A DNA stretch of 60,280 nucleotides, the filler included, from Jimgerdemannia flammicorona (taxonomy: Eukaryota): the NCBI GenBank assembly GCA_003990765.1. It is 3 parts of 3 records of this genome, joined end to end, with 100 filler letters (N's around TTAATTAATTAA, not from the genome) between each part and the next. Parts side by side here need not be neighbours in the genome. Positions count along the whole stretch, not along the records: positions 20,135 to 40,163 come from RBNJ01001778.1; positions 40,264 to 60,280 come from RBNJ01001779.1; 1 more part is not named here. One strand, 5' to 3'. The position numbers and the translations under genes were made by a program. Of the stretch, positions 35,601 to 48,760 are shown piece after piece. A model generated the notes under the pieces. It made no database searches. It worked only from the letters and a program-made list of their open reading frames with translations, and had not been told where the DNA came from. Within the stretch, counting starts at the first letter, position 1. Every line of letters starts with the position of its first letter.

Positions 35601-36374
35601 ACACCTTATCCTCTAACAGGGAAGAATTCAGTCACCAATGTCCAGGCCCATCCTCATTTCCCCCAAACCTCCCCCCTCCTAGCAGCCCCCAGTGATCAGA
35701 CCATGGGCACCATATGACCTCCAGCGCTGCCCAGACATCTGTCCCCCAACACTCTGCCATTAGAACCCAGTCAATCCTAGAGCCCAGTCCTGCCACCCAG
35801 TGGGTGTACACCTGCCGATCAGCCCAAAAATGTCTTCCTGAGTCCACTAGAGAACACACCCTCTCCATCTCCAACCAGTCACCCAACCCACCACTTTCAC
35901 TCCACATGCCTCTTCCACCATCAGTTCTGTCCAACTCCTTATCCTGTACCATGTTGAAGTCACCCCCCATACAGTCTAACCCAACTTCTCTCAGCACACC
36001 AGCCTCCTTCAATCCGTGGATCCACTCCACCCTCTCTCCCCTCTCTCAGCTGGGCAGTAACAGGACCCGACTGTCAGTGGGTCCCATCCAGGCCTCCTCC
36101 ACACTCCCCACACCACCCGAGACCCCCAATGTCCAATGTTCCCAATGTCCCCCATCCCTTTCTGAATGAGAATATACACTTTTCCCCTCCAAACTGCTAT
36201 ACCCCCCCATTCCTTAGTCCAATCCTATAAGTCTACATCTGCCTCATAACGAATATCCTACAGTAAGAAGAGGTCCGCATCCAGTCCCTTAAGTCAACCA
36301 AAAATATACTTCCTCCTAGCCGACCCCCGTAGCCCATTAATGTTCAATGAGAAAATCCTAGTTGTACTGTTCAT
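32700..36374 (-). pseudogene. LINE ORF2 (APE endonuclease, RT, C-terminal CCHC)
   Basis: FSLNINGL, GGDFN, SRID, SDH; QEKAYDRV, GVPQGDPLSP, FADD; ERGGLGL; KCEDC...EHWLSEC. Confidence 0.93.
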
Positions 36375-36405
36375 ATTGAAGAAAAGTTGCAATAGAGAAC
36401 CCAAT

Positions 36406-38148
36406 CTATAATTCCATGCTCATCCCATCTCCAGCCAGATCCAAGCGCCACTTAGCTTCCACTTCCCCCTTGGCATTATCCTGAGCATCCAGTGCTCCCA
36501 AGATTTCCTGACATTCCACTCTGTCCACTTCCTCTATATTAGCCCTGTAGTCCAAGCAGACAGCGCGCCACTTCTCCAGTCCCTTCCTTGAATTCCACAA
36601 AAAATATGCTCTGTCACTTGTGATCCTCCTAAGTTCCTCCTCCCTCTGATCATCAATCTGATACTCAACCAACTCCAGGAGGACCGCTAGGATCTCATTC
36701 CTCATCTTCCTCAGCACCTCCTCCCCCTGTAGGATCTCCTCCCAATGCTTCTCCTCCAATATCCTGAAGTCCTCACCCCCTAGCTCTTCAGCTGCCACCC
36801 CTTCCAAGGTCTTCCACATCCACTTCTCCTCATCCACTGCCTTCACCGCCCCCTGAGCAATTTGTCCTCCATCCACCTCAGTGTCCACCAGTATGCTCCT
36901 TCTCACCGACTTATCCCACTCCTCATCTGGCACATCTATCAGCTCCTCCTCTCCCTCTGCCCCATCTGGAACAATATACTGAGGGTGCACCCCCTTACCC
37001 ATTTCGGCATCCACCTCCAAATAGCCTTCCCTCCTCTCCCCACTGCCAATCTGAACTCCGCCCTAGGCCAACTCTCCCCCTTCAGCCCAGGCGCTCTCCC
37101 GTGATCCTGCAACTCCCTCCCCTGAGCTTCCACCAGCCACACTCTCACCCAACTTCGCCAACAGCTCCTTCTGGATCCTCCTCCCCTGTATCTTTTCCCA
37201 GGCCCCCTTCTCTATCCGGACCCTCTTTCCATCTACCTCCCCAACTACTGTCCTGGCCTCAAACTCCTGCCAGGCCAATTTCCTCCTCGCCACTGCCCCT
37301 TCCAGGTCCTCCAGAGCTTCCAACAGGTCCTCCTCCTCCTCCGGAGTCCCCTTCACCCTGGTGACCTTACACTCCACTGGTCCCCACCTCAGTGCCGCTG
37401 GCCAGTCCCTCGACTTCCCCGTATTCTCCTTCCCAGCCAGCCTCACCCTGACATCAACATTGCCAGTTCTAAGCTCCGTGCCCTCCCAGACCTTGAAACC
37501 AACATCCACAATCTCACCATACTCCTTGACCACCTCTACCACCAACTCTCTGGTCCTTTCCTTAGACACCATCGGGAGGTCCAACACCATCAACTGCACC
37601 ACTCGGGGGTCCCAGTGCATGCACTGGGCCATAGGTACCACAACTCCGCCAACCATCACCCCCTTCTCCATGGCCACCAACAAGGCATCCTCCTCCTCAA
37701 ACCCCACCTCAACCCCTTCCTTCCCCCTCAAGAACTTCACCGAAGCAGCTCCCTTAGCCTCCTATGCCACCAGTCCCAGAATCATCCTCGCCATCACTGC
37801 CAAGCCCCAGAAGTACATTGTGATTATGAATTCCGACCTCGACTTCTTGAGTAATGGGGCCGACACCATGCCTGTCACCCCATCAGCCAGGTCTCCAGGT
37901 CTTGTGCCCCCTCCAAGTCCCAAATTGCCAACTGCTGTCACATCTGGATTTTTTGCCAGATCCCCAGTCACAGCCCCATCAACCATCATATCTCCAGCCC
38001 CTACTCCGGCCCCTTCCCTACCACCAGAAGTACGCTGGGGTACACCTCCCTGACCCCCAGCAGTAGCCATCGATGCCTTTCCCAGATCCAGCCAACCATC
38101 TAGCCCAGAAGCCATCTTCTCCATTCTGACCTTGTCAGCAAAGGTCAA
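36406..38148 (-). pseudogene. LINE ORF1 (RRM-like, acidic coiled-coil C-terminus)
   Basis: ORF pieces 37762-38148, 37063-37740 (VLDLP...YGEIVDV...RTGNVDVRVRL) and 36406-37020. Confidence 0.75.
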
Positions 38149-38419
38149 CCTCTCTCCTCCTCTCTGCCTCAGACCACCCCTCTCTCCACCACCAGGGCCT
38201 CAGCTAGCCATTGAGGCCCCTGGCATCCCCAAACCATCTTCCCTCCTCCCCACCTGCTGCCAGCCAAATGCGCCATCACCCCCCTGGCCAGTATGCTCAC
38301 CAGCTCGATTGTTGCCATCCATGTTGTTAGTTGTCGGACACCAAAAATATTGTAAAAAGTGTTGTCGGAGTCTTGTGTCACCCAAATGTTACTGGTGAAA
38401 GATGTGTTTTTTTCTGCTA

Positions 38420-40120
38420 ATACCCACTCTACAGTAAGCTAACTATCTCCTACACTACTTACTAGCCGAGATCTCAAGTCCTCCCAGCAGCCTCCCTCAC
38501 CTGCTGGCCTTTGCTCTACACCCAGTCTATTCCCTACTTTTATCCAAAAGTCCCTCAAAATCTCATACTCTCCCAGCCAATGTTCTGGTGTCTGCACAAG
38601 TCCCCCAGCTTACTCTACATTGTAGCACTCCTCATAATCTAAATGGCCACTATCTACCAGATGCCCAGTGCAGAAATTCAACATGATATTCCTCTTCAGC
38701 ATTCACCACCATACCACCCAGTACTTGGGAGGAAGCCACCTCTGTACCTCAGTACTCTATGACCAGATACCTGCCCAGTCCTACTTCTCGCCAATCCCTG
38801 CTACCTGCCAGCCACTTGGCCAAAGATCCTGGCCAAGACCCTGCTGATATTGCACTCTATCCCCAATATTAAACTCAGTAAGTGAAGTACTCCCCAGGAG
38901 TAGTCTATCTTATTGCCACATATCTGGACCCCACATTACCTCTCTCTCATTACCTTGTCAGTGCAGGCCAATTCAGTGTGCACTATCTACATACCACTCC
39001 TCACCAAAAGCCCTTAAACTGCAGTCACTAATTTCCATTCAGCTCTACCAAAGAGAGCAGATCTCTCAAGGACCCTTGAGGGGAAGTTCTCATCTCCCAC
39101 ACCTTCTGCAGTAGTGACACCCAACCCCCTCCCTATAGTTCAGCAGCTCTCTTCAACCACCAGGCTCGCAAGCAGTGTAACCTCTTAGGGAAATCCACAA
39201 GGCCAAGACCTCTCCTGACCACTAGTGTTGCAAGAGTATCCCAACTGATCTGGGACCTCCTTTCTACCCAAATCCATCTCTAGCTATCTTAATCAGCCTC
39301 TTCATCACCCAAGCTGGGAAGTCTAGGTGATAGGCCACATACTATAGCTTGGGGAACCAGTAGATATTCAGAATCAATACCTGCTCTATCAGAGAGATAT
39401 AGTGGCCCCCCCAACCTCTAAGGGCCTCTCCCCAAATGATCACCCTGCTCTTCCACCACACTTATGACAAGACAGATCCATATACAGAAAGGAAGATGCC
39501 CAGATACTGCACCATCTCACCAATAGGGACAATTGTTCCAATGACATCCCCACTTACTAGCTCATTCTCTAGTACTATTGTCTCATACTTATACTAGTTG
39601 AGCCTCACTCCAGAGTGAGTCTCATACTATTCTACCATCTCCTTAAGTGTCTCAACATCTACTACAGACCCAAGTCTAACTACTATGTCATTAGCAAAGG
39701 CCCCAATCTTCCACACTATACCATATATAGAGAGCCCTGCCACCTTCTAGTAAATCCTATCCATCAAAGGTTCTAATGAAAGGACATAGAGAATAGGAGA
39801 CAAAGGGTCCCCCTGAGGAACTCCTCTTTCCAAGGAGAATACCAGACCTTGGTGACCATTATACATCAGTGCTGCCCAACTGCTCTCTAGCAGATTCAAC
39901 ATAGAAGCCTGAAAATGTGAGGGAACCCCAATTTGATCCAACACCTTGCCCAGCCAAACTCACTATATACAGTCATAGGTCTTCTCCTAGTCCAAAAAGA
40001 CCAACCTTCTATCTAGTCTACAAGCCTGGGCCCCTTCAATGACATCATGCACCCATACTGTCCCATCCTATATAAGTCTGTCTCCAACAAAGCCCCACTG
40101 CTCCTTCCCTACCACTTTTG
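38420..40120 (-). mobile_element. Second, more decayed L1/Tx1-like LINE fragment (RT to C-terminus)
   Basis: ERGVPQGDPLSPILYVLSLEPL at 39747-39944; colinear with ORF2 of the neighbouring LINE. Confidence 0.85.
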
Positions 40121-40163
40121 AGGTATATATATTATATATATTCTCCATGTTTTTTTTTTTTTT

Positions 40164-40263
40164 NNNNNNNNNNNNNNNNNNNNNNNNNNNNNNNNNNNNN
40201 NNNNNNNTTAATTAATTAANNNNNNNNNNNNNNNNNNNNNNNNNNNNNNNNNNNNNNNNNNNN
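40164..40263. other. Artificial contig linker
   Basis: Same N44-TTAATTAATTAA-N44 structure. Confidence 0.98.
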
Positions 40264-40657
40264 GGGGTGCCAGGCTATGGATATTCATGAGGGGCAGAGG
40301 GGGTGTGGCTCGGTTGACAATGGCATTCCAAATGTCAGCACGGATACAGTTGTAGATCTCGGTGGTCATGTTTGTGTGTTTGGAAGTTGTGGTTGTTGTT
40401 TGTTTTGGTTCTCTTATTTGACGCGTCTTGGTGCTCAGTATATATGCATTTGGTCCTGATTGGTAATGTTCCGTTTGTGTAGATCTTGTGTTCCGTGACT
40501 TCATATTGACTCAGCTTTGTACGCTGTGACTTCGGTTTGACTCAGCTTCATGATCAAGCAGGTGATTTCCAGATTTGTTCGGAGGTCGCGTGTGATTTCA
40601 GTGGCTTGTTCAGAGGGTGACGTATAATTTCGGTGGCTTGGAGGTTGTGCACTTACA
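40264..40657 (-). mobile_element. Probable start of a young LTR (TGTAAG...) with a TATA and an ORF start, inserted into a LINE
   Basis: Sharp junction with the LINE at 40657 beginning TGT on the minus strand. CpG retained. TATATA at 40439-40444 and ATG at 40369 (MTTEIYNCIRADIW...). No partner LTR is visible. Confidence 0.45.
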
Positions 40658-40659
40658 GT

Positions 40660-41380
40660 ATGAGAGAGATCTATGGTCTGAGATATAGCAGAAGGTAGAG
40701 ATTGAAGAAGAGTGAGATTGAAATGGTATTTGGTTATAGAGCAAGCAGATAGCAAGATGGATTCCCCCCAAGTTCTAGATAGTATGGTGAAGACTTTTAT
40801 GATACAATATAATATTAAACTACTAGTTGGGTCATTTTGGTAGAAGGAGGTATCTGAGAGTGTGAGGAGTATCTGAATATTAAATAGAAGAGAGGAGTGA
40901 TACAGATATCTAATCATTGGCTAGGAGAGTATAAGGTAAGGAGGGATTTTTAGAATACAATTGAGGAGTGACTGAAAGTGTACCCATCTGGGCTGATGGT
41001 GGGAGGGAGATGGAGTGATCTCTAAAGAAGACTGGTAGGAGGTTGGGGGGTAAGTAGCTAATATTGAGATAAGTACTAGCTATTTGGATCAGGCTTACTG
41101 GACATTAGTTATATATATTTGAGGATAGTCAATAGTTGATACTAGGGATGAGAGTTGCTAGATGGAAGTGGTTGATGTTAGACTTATTGAATAAGTAGTA
41201 GAGAGAGTAGGATACTAGTAGGAGATATTAGCAGTAACTAGTAGAGATAATTTATAGGAAGAGTGAGAAGAGAATTAGGGTAGCAGAGAAGATAACAGTA
41301 TTTCAGAGGAATGATATATAAGAGAGAGAGCTTTCTTGTAAAATTAGATGATTTAGTAATAAAATAGAAGTTCTTAGGAC

Positions 41381-41412
<32 letters not shown>
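40660..41412 (+). mobile_element. 3' end of an L1/Tx1-like LINE with poly(A) tail
   Basis: Homologous to 32640-33420 (reverse); AATAAA...GACTAT(A)n at 41357-41412. Confidence 0.85.
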
Positions 41413-41414
<2 letters not shown>

Positions 41415-41514
41415 GTTTGACTTGAGCTCTTAGTTACTTTGTTAAAAGTAACAAAATATTTAATAGTTTCTAGTATCTTTGTAATATTTAGTAGTATAAT
41501 AATCAAATATGAAT

Positions 41515-44500
41515 ACAATGGTCAATTTTTAGATTAGTTTCCTTATTAGAATAGTTCTTAGATATAGTAGCAATTTGTATAAAGTAAGTGACAGTAGATA
41601 ATTTTTATATAGTATGATAATCTCCAAGTTAGGTAATTTCTGCATAATGATCTTGTATAGTATAAATAAATTTTTATGCATTTTTTTTATAATAATCTTA
41701 TATAGTATAAATGGATTTCTTATATGATTTCTGTATGAATTCCTTATATGATGATCTTGGCAGTATTCCTTAATAGGTAGTGGGTTGGTAGATAACTCAA
41801 TTTGGTAGACAATTTAATAACTTTGGATAATGCAGATTCTTTCTGAATTAATAGACTTTTTGAATAGTAGTAGATATGAATTCTTGAGCAAAGTTATATT
41901 AGAGACTGACTTTATTTATATAAAGTTATATTAAAAGACTGGCTTTGTAGTAAGATTTCTATGGTGGATTTTTTGGATAAAGTTATATCAAAGATTAGCT
42001 TTATTTATATAAATAAGTTTATTGTAAAGTTGTATTAAATAGACTAGCTTTATGATAAGAGAGACTTCTCAAAAATGGCAACTTTTTCTTAAGCAGTGGG
42101 TTTCTCTTCAAAAGACAGTGAAGTTTTTTTCTCAAACTCAGTGATAAATCTCAAGCTTTATATTGAAAAGTAGACTAGAGTTAAGAAATATGTTTGAATT
42201 TTTAACTGAGGTTTATTTACTCTTATCTTTAGAGTATTTTATATAGTTATAATTGCTATTTAGTTGCTATATAGCTAATTATAATGTAGCTATTTTAGAT
42301 ATAAGTATTTAGATCCTATATAGTATTCAGATTATATAGTATTCAGATTCTATATAGTATTCAGATTATATATAAGATCAATTTCTAATTTGTTAAGTCT
42401 GATTATTTATATAAATTGATATAATAAAGCAGTTCTAGATAACTTAGAATATTTTTGACTACTTTTTATAACTATGACTACCTTGTATACCCACTATAAT
42501 ATCTAGCTAATTTGAATAATATATTTTTTATGACTTATTACAATAGCCTCTACTAAAGAGTAGTCTGTTTCAGACTATTTTTTAGTTATTATTTTAGTAT
42601 CTATAAGTGTCTTTAGCATCAATATCTGTACTATTATCTCTATTGATATCTGAGTTACTCCATTTCTCAGACTCTTCCTCTTCTCTTGAAAATAAAATTT
42701 CAATACTACTAATAAGACTCAGATAGATAGTTATATTTATTATTTATATATTATTTAAGGAGAACTATATCTATAATAATATAATAGTATTTATTTATAG
42801 AATATACAGAGTCTGTCTGCAATAATAATATCTCTTTATAATAAGTCTGTGATATTTCTAATATAGGTCTGCTCTGGTACTAAAAGGTTTTGCAACTATT
42901 CACTAATTACATAGTAAGTCTGCAGTTAGTGAACTTAAAATAAGTATCTGACCAGGAAGAGATTTTCCTGATAGATCTGAATTTACTAGAGAGAGTTTCT
43001 ATAGACTTCTTGAAATTGGGAAAGAGAAACTGATAGGGCTTGAAAGGAGCTAAGAATAAAAGTTTGGAGATACTAGTCAATTTTCTGAGTTATAGTTCTG
43101 AAAAAAAATATATCTTAAACAATTGATATATATTAATATTCTCAGAGTTTATTTATCTATACTTTTTAAATAGATGCTAGTTTTTCTGATATTGTGTACA
43201 ATATTAGATCCTTTCTATTTGGGTTCTAGTTTAGCAATAAAGTTTGTTTTGATTATGTTTTTCCAAACTAGGACTTAATCTCTAATCTTGATCTTCTGAT
43301 CCTTCTATTTCTGGTTATAGTACTTCTTTTGTCTTTTTTGGGCCTTGATTATCTGAGCTCAGGCTTGATTACATAATTATTCTACTTTTCAAGAAGATCT
43401 CTGAGGTTCTTATAATCAGCAGTTTTAGTTTTCTTAGTAAATATTATCTTGAATAACTTTTGTTTAGTAGAGGCCACAGAGATATTTCAAATTTCCCATA
43501 GGATCTCAGATAAGCAGAGATCTCAATTTGTAGGATTGACTCAGGCAAGTTCTTTTTTGATAGTCTGGTTCATTCATTCTATCATATCATTAGTTTGAGA
43601 GTAGTATAATATAGTCTGTTTGAGATAAATCTTATAAATTCAGATATAACTTGTAATTATATTATTGATAGATTCTGTATCTTAGTCAGAAATAAGTTCT
43701 TCTAAGGATCTATATCTGAGTGTGAGTCTATAGAGAAGGCCAATAATAGTCAGAGCATCAGTGATTTCTATTGAGAAAGCCTTGGACTATTTGGTCAGAT
43801 ATTTTATAAATACTAAGATATATTTATTTTTTCTTGGTATTACTAATAGAGATCTAATAATATCTACTCTCTATCTTTAGAAGATATTGTCAGATAGTGT
43901 GATTGATTGTAATAGTACTTGATAGTTCTTCTTTCTTTAGTACTTCTAATAAGTAATATATTTCTTGAGTATATCTCAGATCTATATTCTGAGATTAGAC
44001 CAATATTAGTATATTATTTATAGCTTTTCTTCTATATTTATTTGTCCTTGGTGGGCTTTCTGATATTCTTTTTGAATAATATCTTCTTATACTTTGATAG
44101 TCAGAGGAGCTTTCTTTAGGATGTAGTTTCTTAGTATACTCTTCTTTTAGTTTATTGAAATTGGTAAGAAAGTATATCAACATTATTGTGTGTTTTTTTT
44201 ACTTTATAGATAATGGTGATTTTGTAATCTTAAGGATAAAAATTCAGTAGATGAGAATTTCAGTAGATTTCTTATAATTGAATAGCCATTTGAGAGAGAT
44301 ATAATCAGTTATTAAAGTAAACCTTTTTCTGATAAGATAGTGCTTAAACAGAATAACTGTCTATATCATTACAAGATATTCTAGTTTTATATTATCATAA
44401 TTGACTTACTGCTAGTTGGTAGCTCAACTTGCATAAGCTATCATATAGTACTACTGATTTGGGTCCTCTTGGACTAGAACTACTCTAAGACCATCTTTCA

Positions 44501-45911
44501 AAGTATCTATATATAAGATGAATAACTTCTATAGATTAGATCATATAAGAATTAGTACTATAGTTATATAGTGCTTGCATTTCTTAAAGGCTAGTTCTTA
44601 TAGTTCCTTTAATTTATATAGTACTTCTTTCTTGAAAAGAATTCAAATTAGAGCAGCAATTTGGATGAAGTTTCTAATAAATCTTCTGAAGTAGAATACT
44701 AATATCAAAAATGATAGTATTTTCTTCAGAGTCTTGGGTACTGGCTAGTTATTAATCTTCTTGGTTTTCTTTGAGTCTATATAGATTCCTTCTTTTGAAA
44801 CTATAAATCTGAAGAATTCAAGTTTCTGTTTCCCAAAGTAGTATTTTTTAGTATTGAGTCTTAGGTAATTCTTATAGGTAAGCTTGAAGACTTCTTCTAG
44901 ATAGTATAGGTATTCTTTAAAATTTACTAAATAGATATTGGAATCATCTATATATATAATCAGATAGTAGTAAATTAGTGGACCATAAACTGAGTTTATT
45001 ATTCTTTGAAAGGTAGGGGGTATATTATAAAGTTCAAAGGATATTTAGAGATACTCAAACAGTTTTTCTAGAGTAAGAAAAGCTGTCTTCTGAATATCTT
45101 TAGGATCTATAAGAACTCATAGAATTCTGTAAAAAGATCCATACTATTAAAATATCTAATATCTTGTAACTGATCTAAGAGGTCATTGATTCTGGACAAG
45201 GAATAAGTATCTTTTTTGATGACTGAATTGAGCTTCCTATAGTCTATACAGAGTCTCTATCTTCCTTTCTTTGGTACAATAAGTATAGGGCTGATCCAAG
45301 AACTAGTAGAGGGTTAGATAACTCTATTATTTAAGAGTTCTTGAATGTATTTCTTTTTGAATATTTTTAGATGATGAGATATTCTATAAGACTTTGTCAG
45401 ATAGATATTGCATTTCTTATATTTATATTATAATGATATAATGGGTTATATGGCAGATTACTATAATCAGTAGTGAAGATATTTTAATATTTGTGGAGAA
45501 GTTCTACTAGTTGCTACCATTATTGAAGTATCAATTATTCCTAATATTAATGAAAGACTTTGCTTTCTTCTGGATTGCAGAGGGGTCTTTTCTTTCTTCT
45601 GGGACCTTTTTCCATTTCTTGATAGATATATCTTATAAATTTCTCTATAAGTTCAGTTAAGATAGAGTACTAGATATCCTATAATAGTTTCTTTTAGCAA
45701 GATGATGCTTTTTTAGCTCTAGTTGATTGCTCAAGAGTGTACAGAGTTCATCTTGTCAGAGAATATATATTCTTCAATGTCTAGATTCTTGATATCTTTA
45801 TTAAGTTCAAAGAAAAGATTTCTTAGATCAGATAGTATAAAGATTTCAAAAACAGTTTACTCTTCTAGTTCTAGAATGAGATTTTTGTAGAGTTTGATTA
45901 GTTGGCAGTAC
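41515..45911 (-). mobile_element. Gypsy element D (B family): post-dUTPase domain, RT, RH, IN, ORF3, 3' LTR
   Basis: Reverse complement is colinear with 11560-15845. LTR 41515-42542 starts TGTAATAAGTC after the PPT; ORF3 at ~42545-43093. Confidence 0.88.
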
Positions 45912-46729
45912 AGTCAGCCCATTGGCTATAAATCCTATTCTATCTCTTATTGATACTCAATATTATTGCTAATATTGAAATCTATTACTAGTGAACTATT
46001 TAATAAAAGTCTATCCTACCTCTATATTATAGATCTATATTGTGCTCTCTTGTAAGAGAGTTACTTGTTAGAGTAACTATTATGTAGTTCTGAAAGGGTT
46101 TTCTGGAAGTTCTGGATATTCTGAAAGACTATTTTCTTATAATCAAGATCAATTTTATATAGAGTACATCCTCTATACTTATTGATTTCAAGATTGAGTT
46201 GATATCTCAACCAAAGTCCTTATTTGAACTAATTCTGGATATTCAGGATTTTCTATATTTCAGGAAGTTTAAGAAACTAAGACCAGCTTAATTGAATCAG
46301 CATATTACTGCAGACAATACCCAATTAGGAAATTTTGTGATAAGGTTAAGAGTGGGACCTAACAGAGAGCAGATTTACTTAAGAGTAGTTTGTGGATCAT
46401 TAAATAGGTTTATTCACTATTCATGATATTACTATACTAGAAGTAGTTGTATGAAGGGATATTGTAGAGAAGTGTTCAGAAATGTTTTTGTATATTTGAG
46501 TCTAATATTCTGAGGTCTAGAGGAGGGAGTATTTATACTAATAGGAGGCTATCTGGACTAGACTAGATATAGATATAGTACTTAGTACCTTACTGAGTTA
46601 GAATACAGTCATATAGTATAAGAGTGATCTGATATATCAAGAGATCATCTGACTGCTGAATTAGTTTACAGTCATATTATATAAGGCTAATCTAACTATA
46701 CTATGACTGCTAGACTATCTATAGATTTA

Positions 46730-47700
46730 GATACTATCTGAGTAGTCTTCAATGACATCACCATTGATGATATTATCTCTGATAAAGTAGTTATCTAGGA
46801 AGAGTTGTTTGTAGATTAATTCTCTTTGTATGCTGAGGTAATAATATATTGGGACTTTATCACCATTCTATAGGATAGCATCATCTGTCTCATATATTAG
46901 ATAAGGAGTTAGTAAGTAAAGGAGAGGTACATTATCTTCACTTTCATCAGATTCACTATCTGTATACCTTCTATAGGTAATGGTACTATGAGTTGTAGGA
47001 TTGTAATATGCTGGTAGTTGTACTTTATGTCACTTATACTCAGATAGTGGGGTTGTTGGTTCAATCTTGAGAGTTGTTTGGAGATATAGATTGTATTCTC
47101 TAGTCTCTTCATTATAGTTGAAATAATTAGGAGTAAATGCAAGTTGATACTTGTACTAGTAATCATTATTACAATAAGTCTCATAGATGGTTATAAACTA
47201 TTATAAGTTTGTCAGCAGTATTGATGGAGTAATTAGGGTTAGCAGAGATTCTTAGCTTGAGGTCATGTTGGTGTCAGAGGGATCATTATCTTCTACTTTG
47301 TCATTGTTGAATTGAATTATATCATAGATATCCTTCATGGTATATCTGACTTGGGACATTTGTAGGATATGATCATTGGGGTGTGGGAAGATTCTGTCTA
47401 TGGTCTGAATGTACTCAATATACTTGTGATTAATTTCTTATATCATATTATCAATCTGGCTATAGGACAGAGTAGCAACTATATCAGTAGTAGTAATTCA
47501 GAAATAGGAAATAAAGGTGCTATACTCATAAAAGAGTTCTCAGTATTTGTAGATAATAAGCTTCTGGTGTTGAGATATCTGAGTAATATCTGTATTATAA
47601 TAGTATTTGACCATATCTTTTAGAAGGCAGCTGATCTGATAGTAGCTTGAGATTTGTCCAATTCAGTGGGTCTTGCTAAGTATGTTCAGAGTATTCCCCA
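46730..47700 (-). pseudogene. Long accessory ORF3 of element E
   Basis: One frame of ~320 codons with only C>T/G>A-type stops: SSYYQISCLLK...KY*ELFYEY...ITTTDIVATLSYSQIDNMI, then an acidic extension. Confidence 0.65.
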
Positions 47701-48160
47701 AATAGCCACCACCCACCTAAGGTAAGCCATTCCTTTCCTACCCCCCCTATCAATCAATCTCTCAAGTTCTCCCACCTCCCCCATACTTCACCTTCACCTC
47801 TCCTACATCTCACCTCCAAGTGTTCACTGATAGCCTGCCAAAAGTCCCCCAACATCTCACACTCTCCTAGCCAATGTTCTGGTATCTATACAAAGCTCCC
47901 TTTCTGCCCTACATTATGGCACTCCTCACAGTCAAAGCAACCCTCTATAATAAGATGCTCTGAGCAGAAGTTGAGCATTATATTCCTTCACAGCATATGT
48001 CACCAAACCACCCAGTACTTTGGTGGCATCTACTTACACACTGCAGCACTCCAGGTCCAAACACCATACCAGTTCCACTCTTCTCCAATTCCAACTCCTT
48101 GCCAATCACTAGGCTATAGATCTTGGTCCAGTCCCCTTTGGCATTCCATCCCATCACCAA
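47700..48160 (-). mobile_element. LINE C-terminal fragment interrupting element E's 3' region
   Basis: 47830-48130 matches 38545-38850 and 33290-33420. Confidence 0.75.
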
Positions 48161-48599
48161 TGTTACTTTCAATATCTTTGTCAAGGCCTTCTAATTTTGT
48201 TCTAGTATTATTATACCATTTGGATGGTCAAAAGTCCAGTAAGGTCTATTTTTTCAGAAAGTGGTATGCTCATAGTATAGTTGTCTAATATATTGGATTC
48301 ATATATTAAAGGGTTATGTATTCAATACTATATATCAGAAGTGATTCTGATATCATTCACTGCTGGAGAATTTCCTCTAAGGAATCTTCTTAAATGTCTA
48401 TATCTCATTTTCCACCAGTGGTATGGGGAGAATAGGCTGGCATTTAGTTTTGCTATTTTTCTAGAGGGTCAGTATTCTTTTGTCTTGTCTTGCTGAGTTC
48501 TTGATTTTATTCATGATAATTATAATATTCAGGAGAGTAATACATATATAGTATATACTGATAGATATAAGAGTGTTTGGGTTTCAGTTATTCAAGGAA

Positions 48600-48760
48600 T
48601 CATATTCTTGAACTAAGTCAGTAGTATTCTGAAGATTGGTCTTGGGTTCCTATGTTGTATTATAAATTGGATAACCTTTCCATTTGACAAGATACTCTGG
48701 ATGGTTCTTGTGACTATATTTGTTGAGAATTTGTTCAACTTTGTATTCTTCTTAGTTATT
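48600..48760 (-). pseudogene. Chromodomain at the integrase C-terminus of element E
   Basis: EEYKVEQILNK...EYLVKWKGYPIYNTT*EPKTNL. Confidence 0.9.

Larger units (their letters stand above)
32637..38400 (-). mobile_element. Near full-length L1/Tx1-like LINE with poly(A) tail
   Basis: ORF1 and ORF2 (APE-RT-CCHC) present; AATAAA then GACTAT(A)n at 32638-32680. The 5' end is approximate. Confidence 0.92.

Noticed and set aside
40208..40504. ORF running through Ns, and TTAATTAATTAA as a biological site
   Set aside because: Assembly linker artefact.
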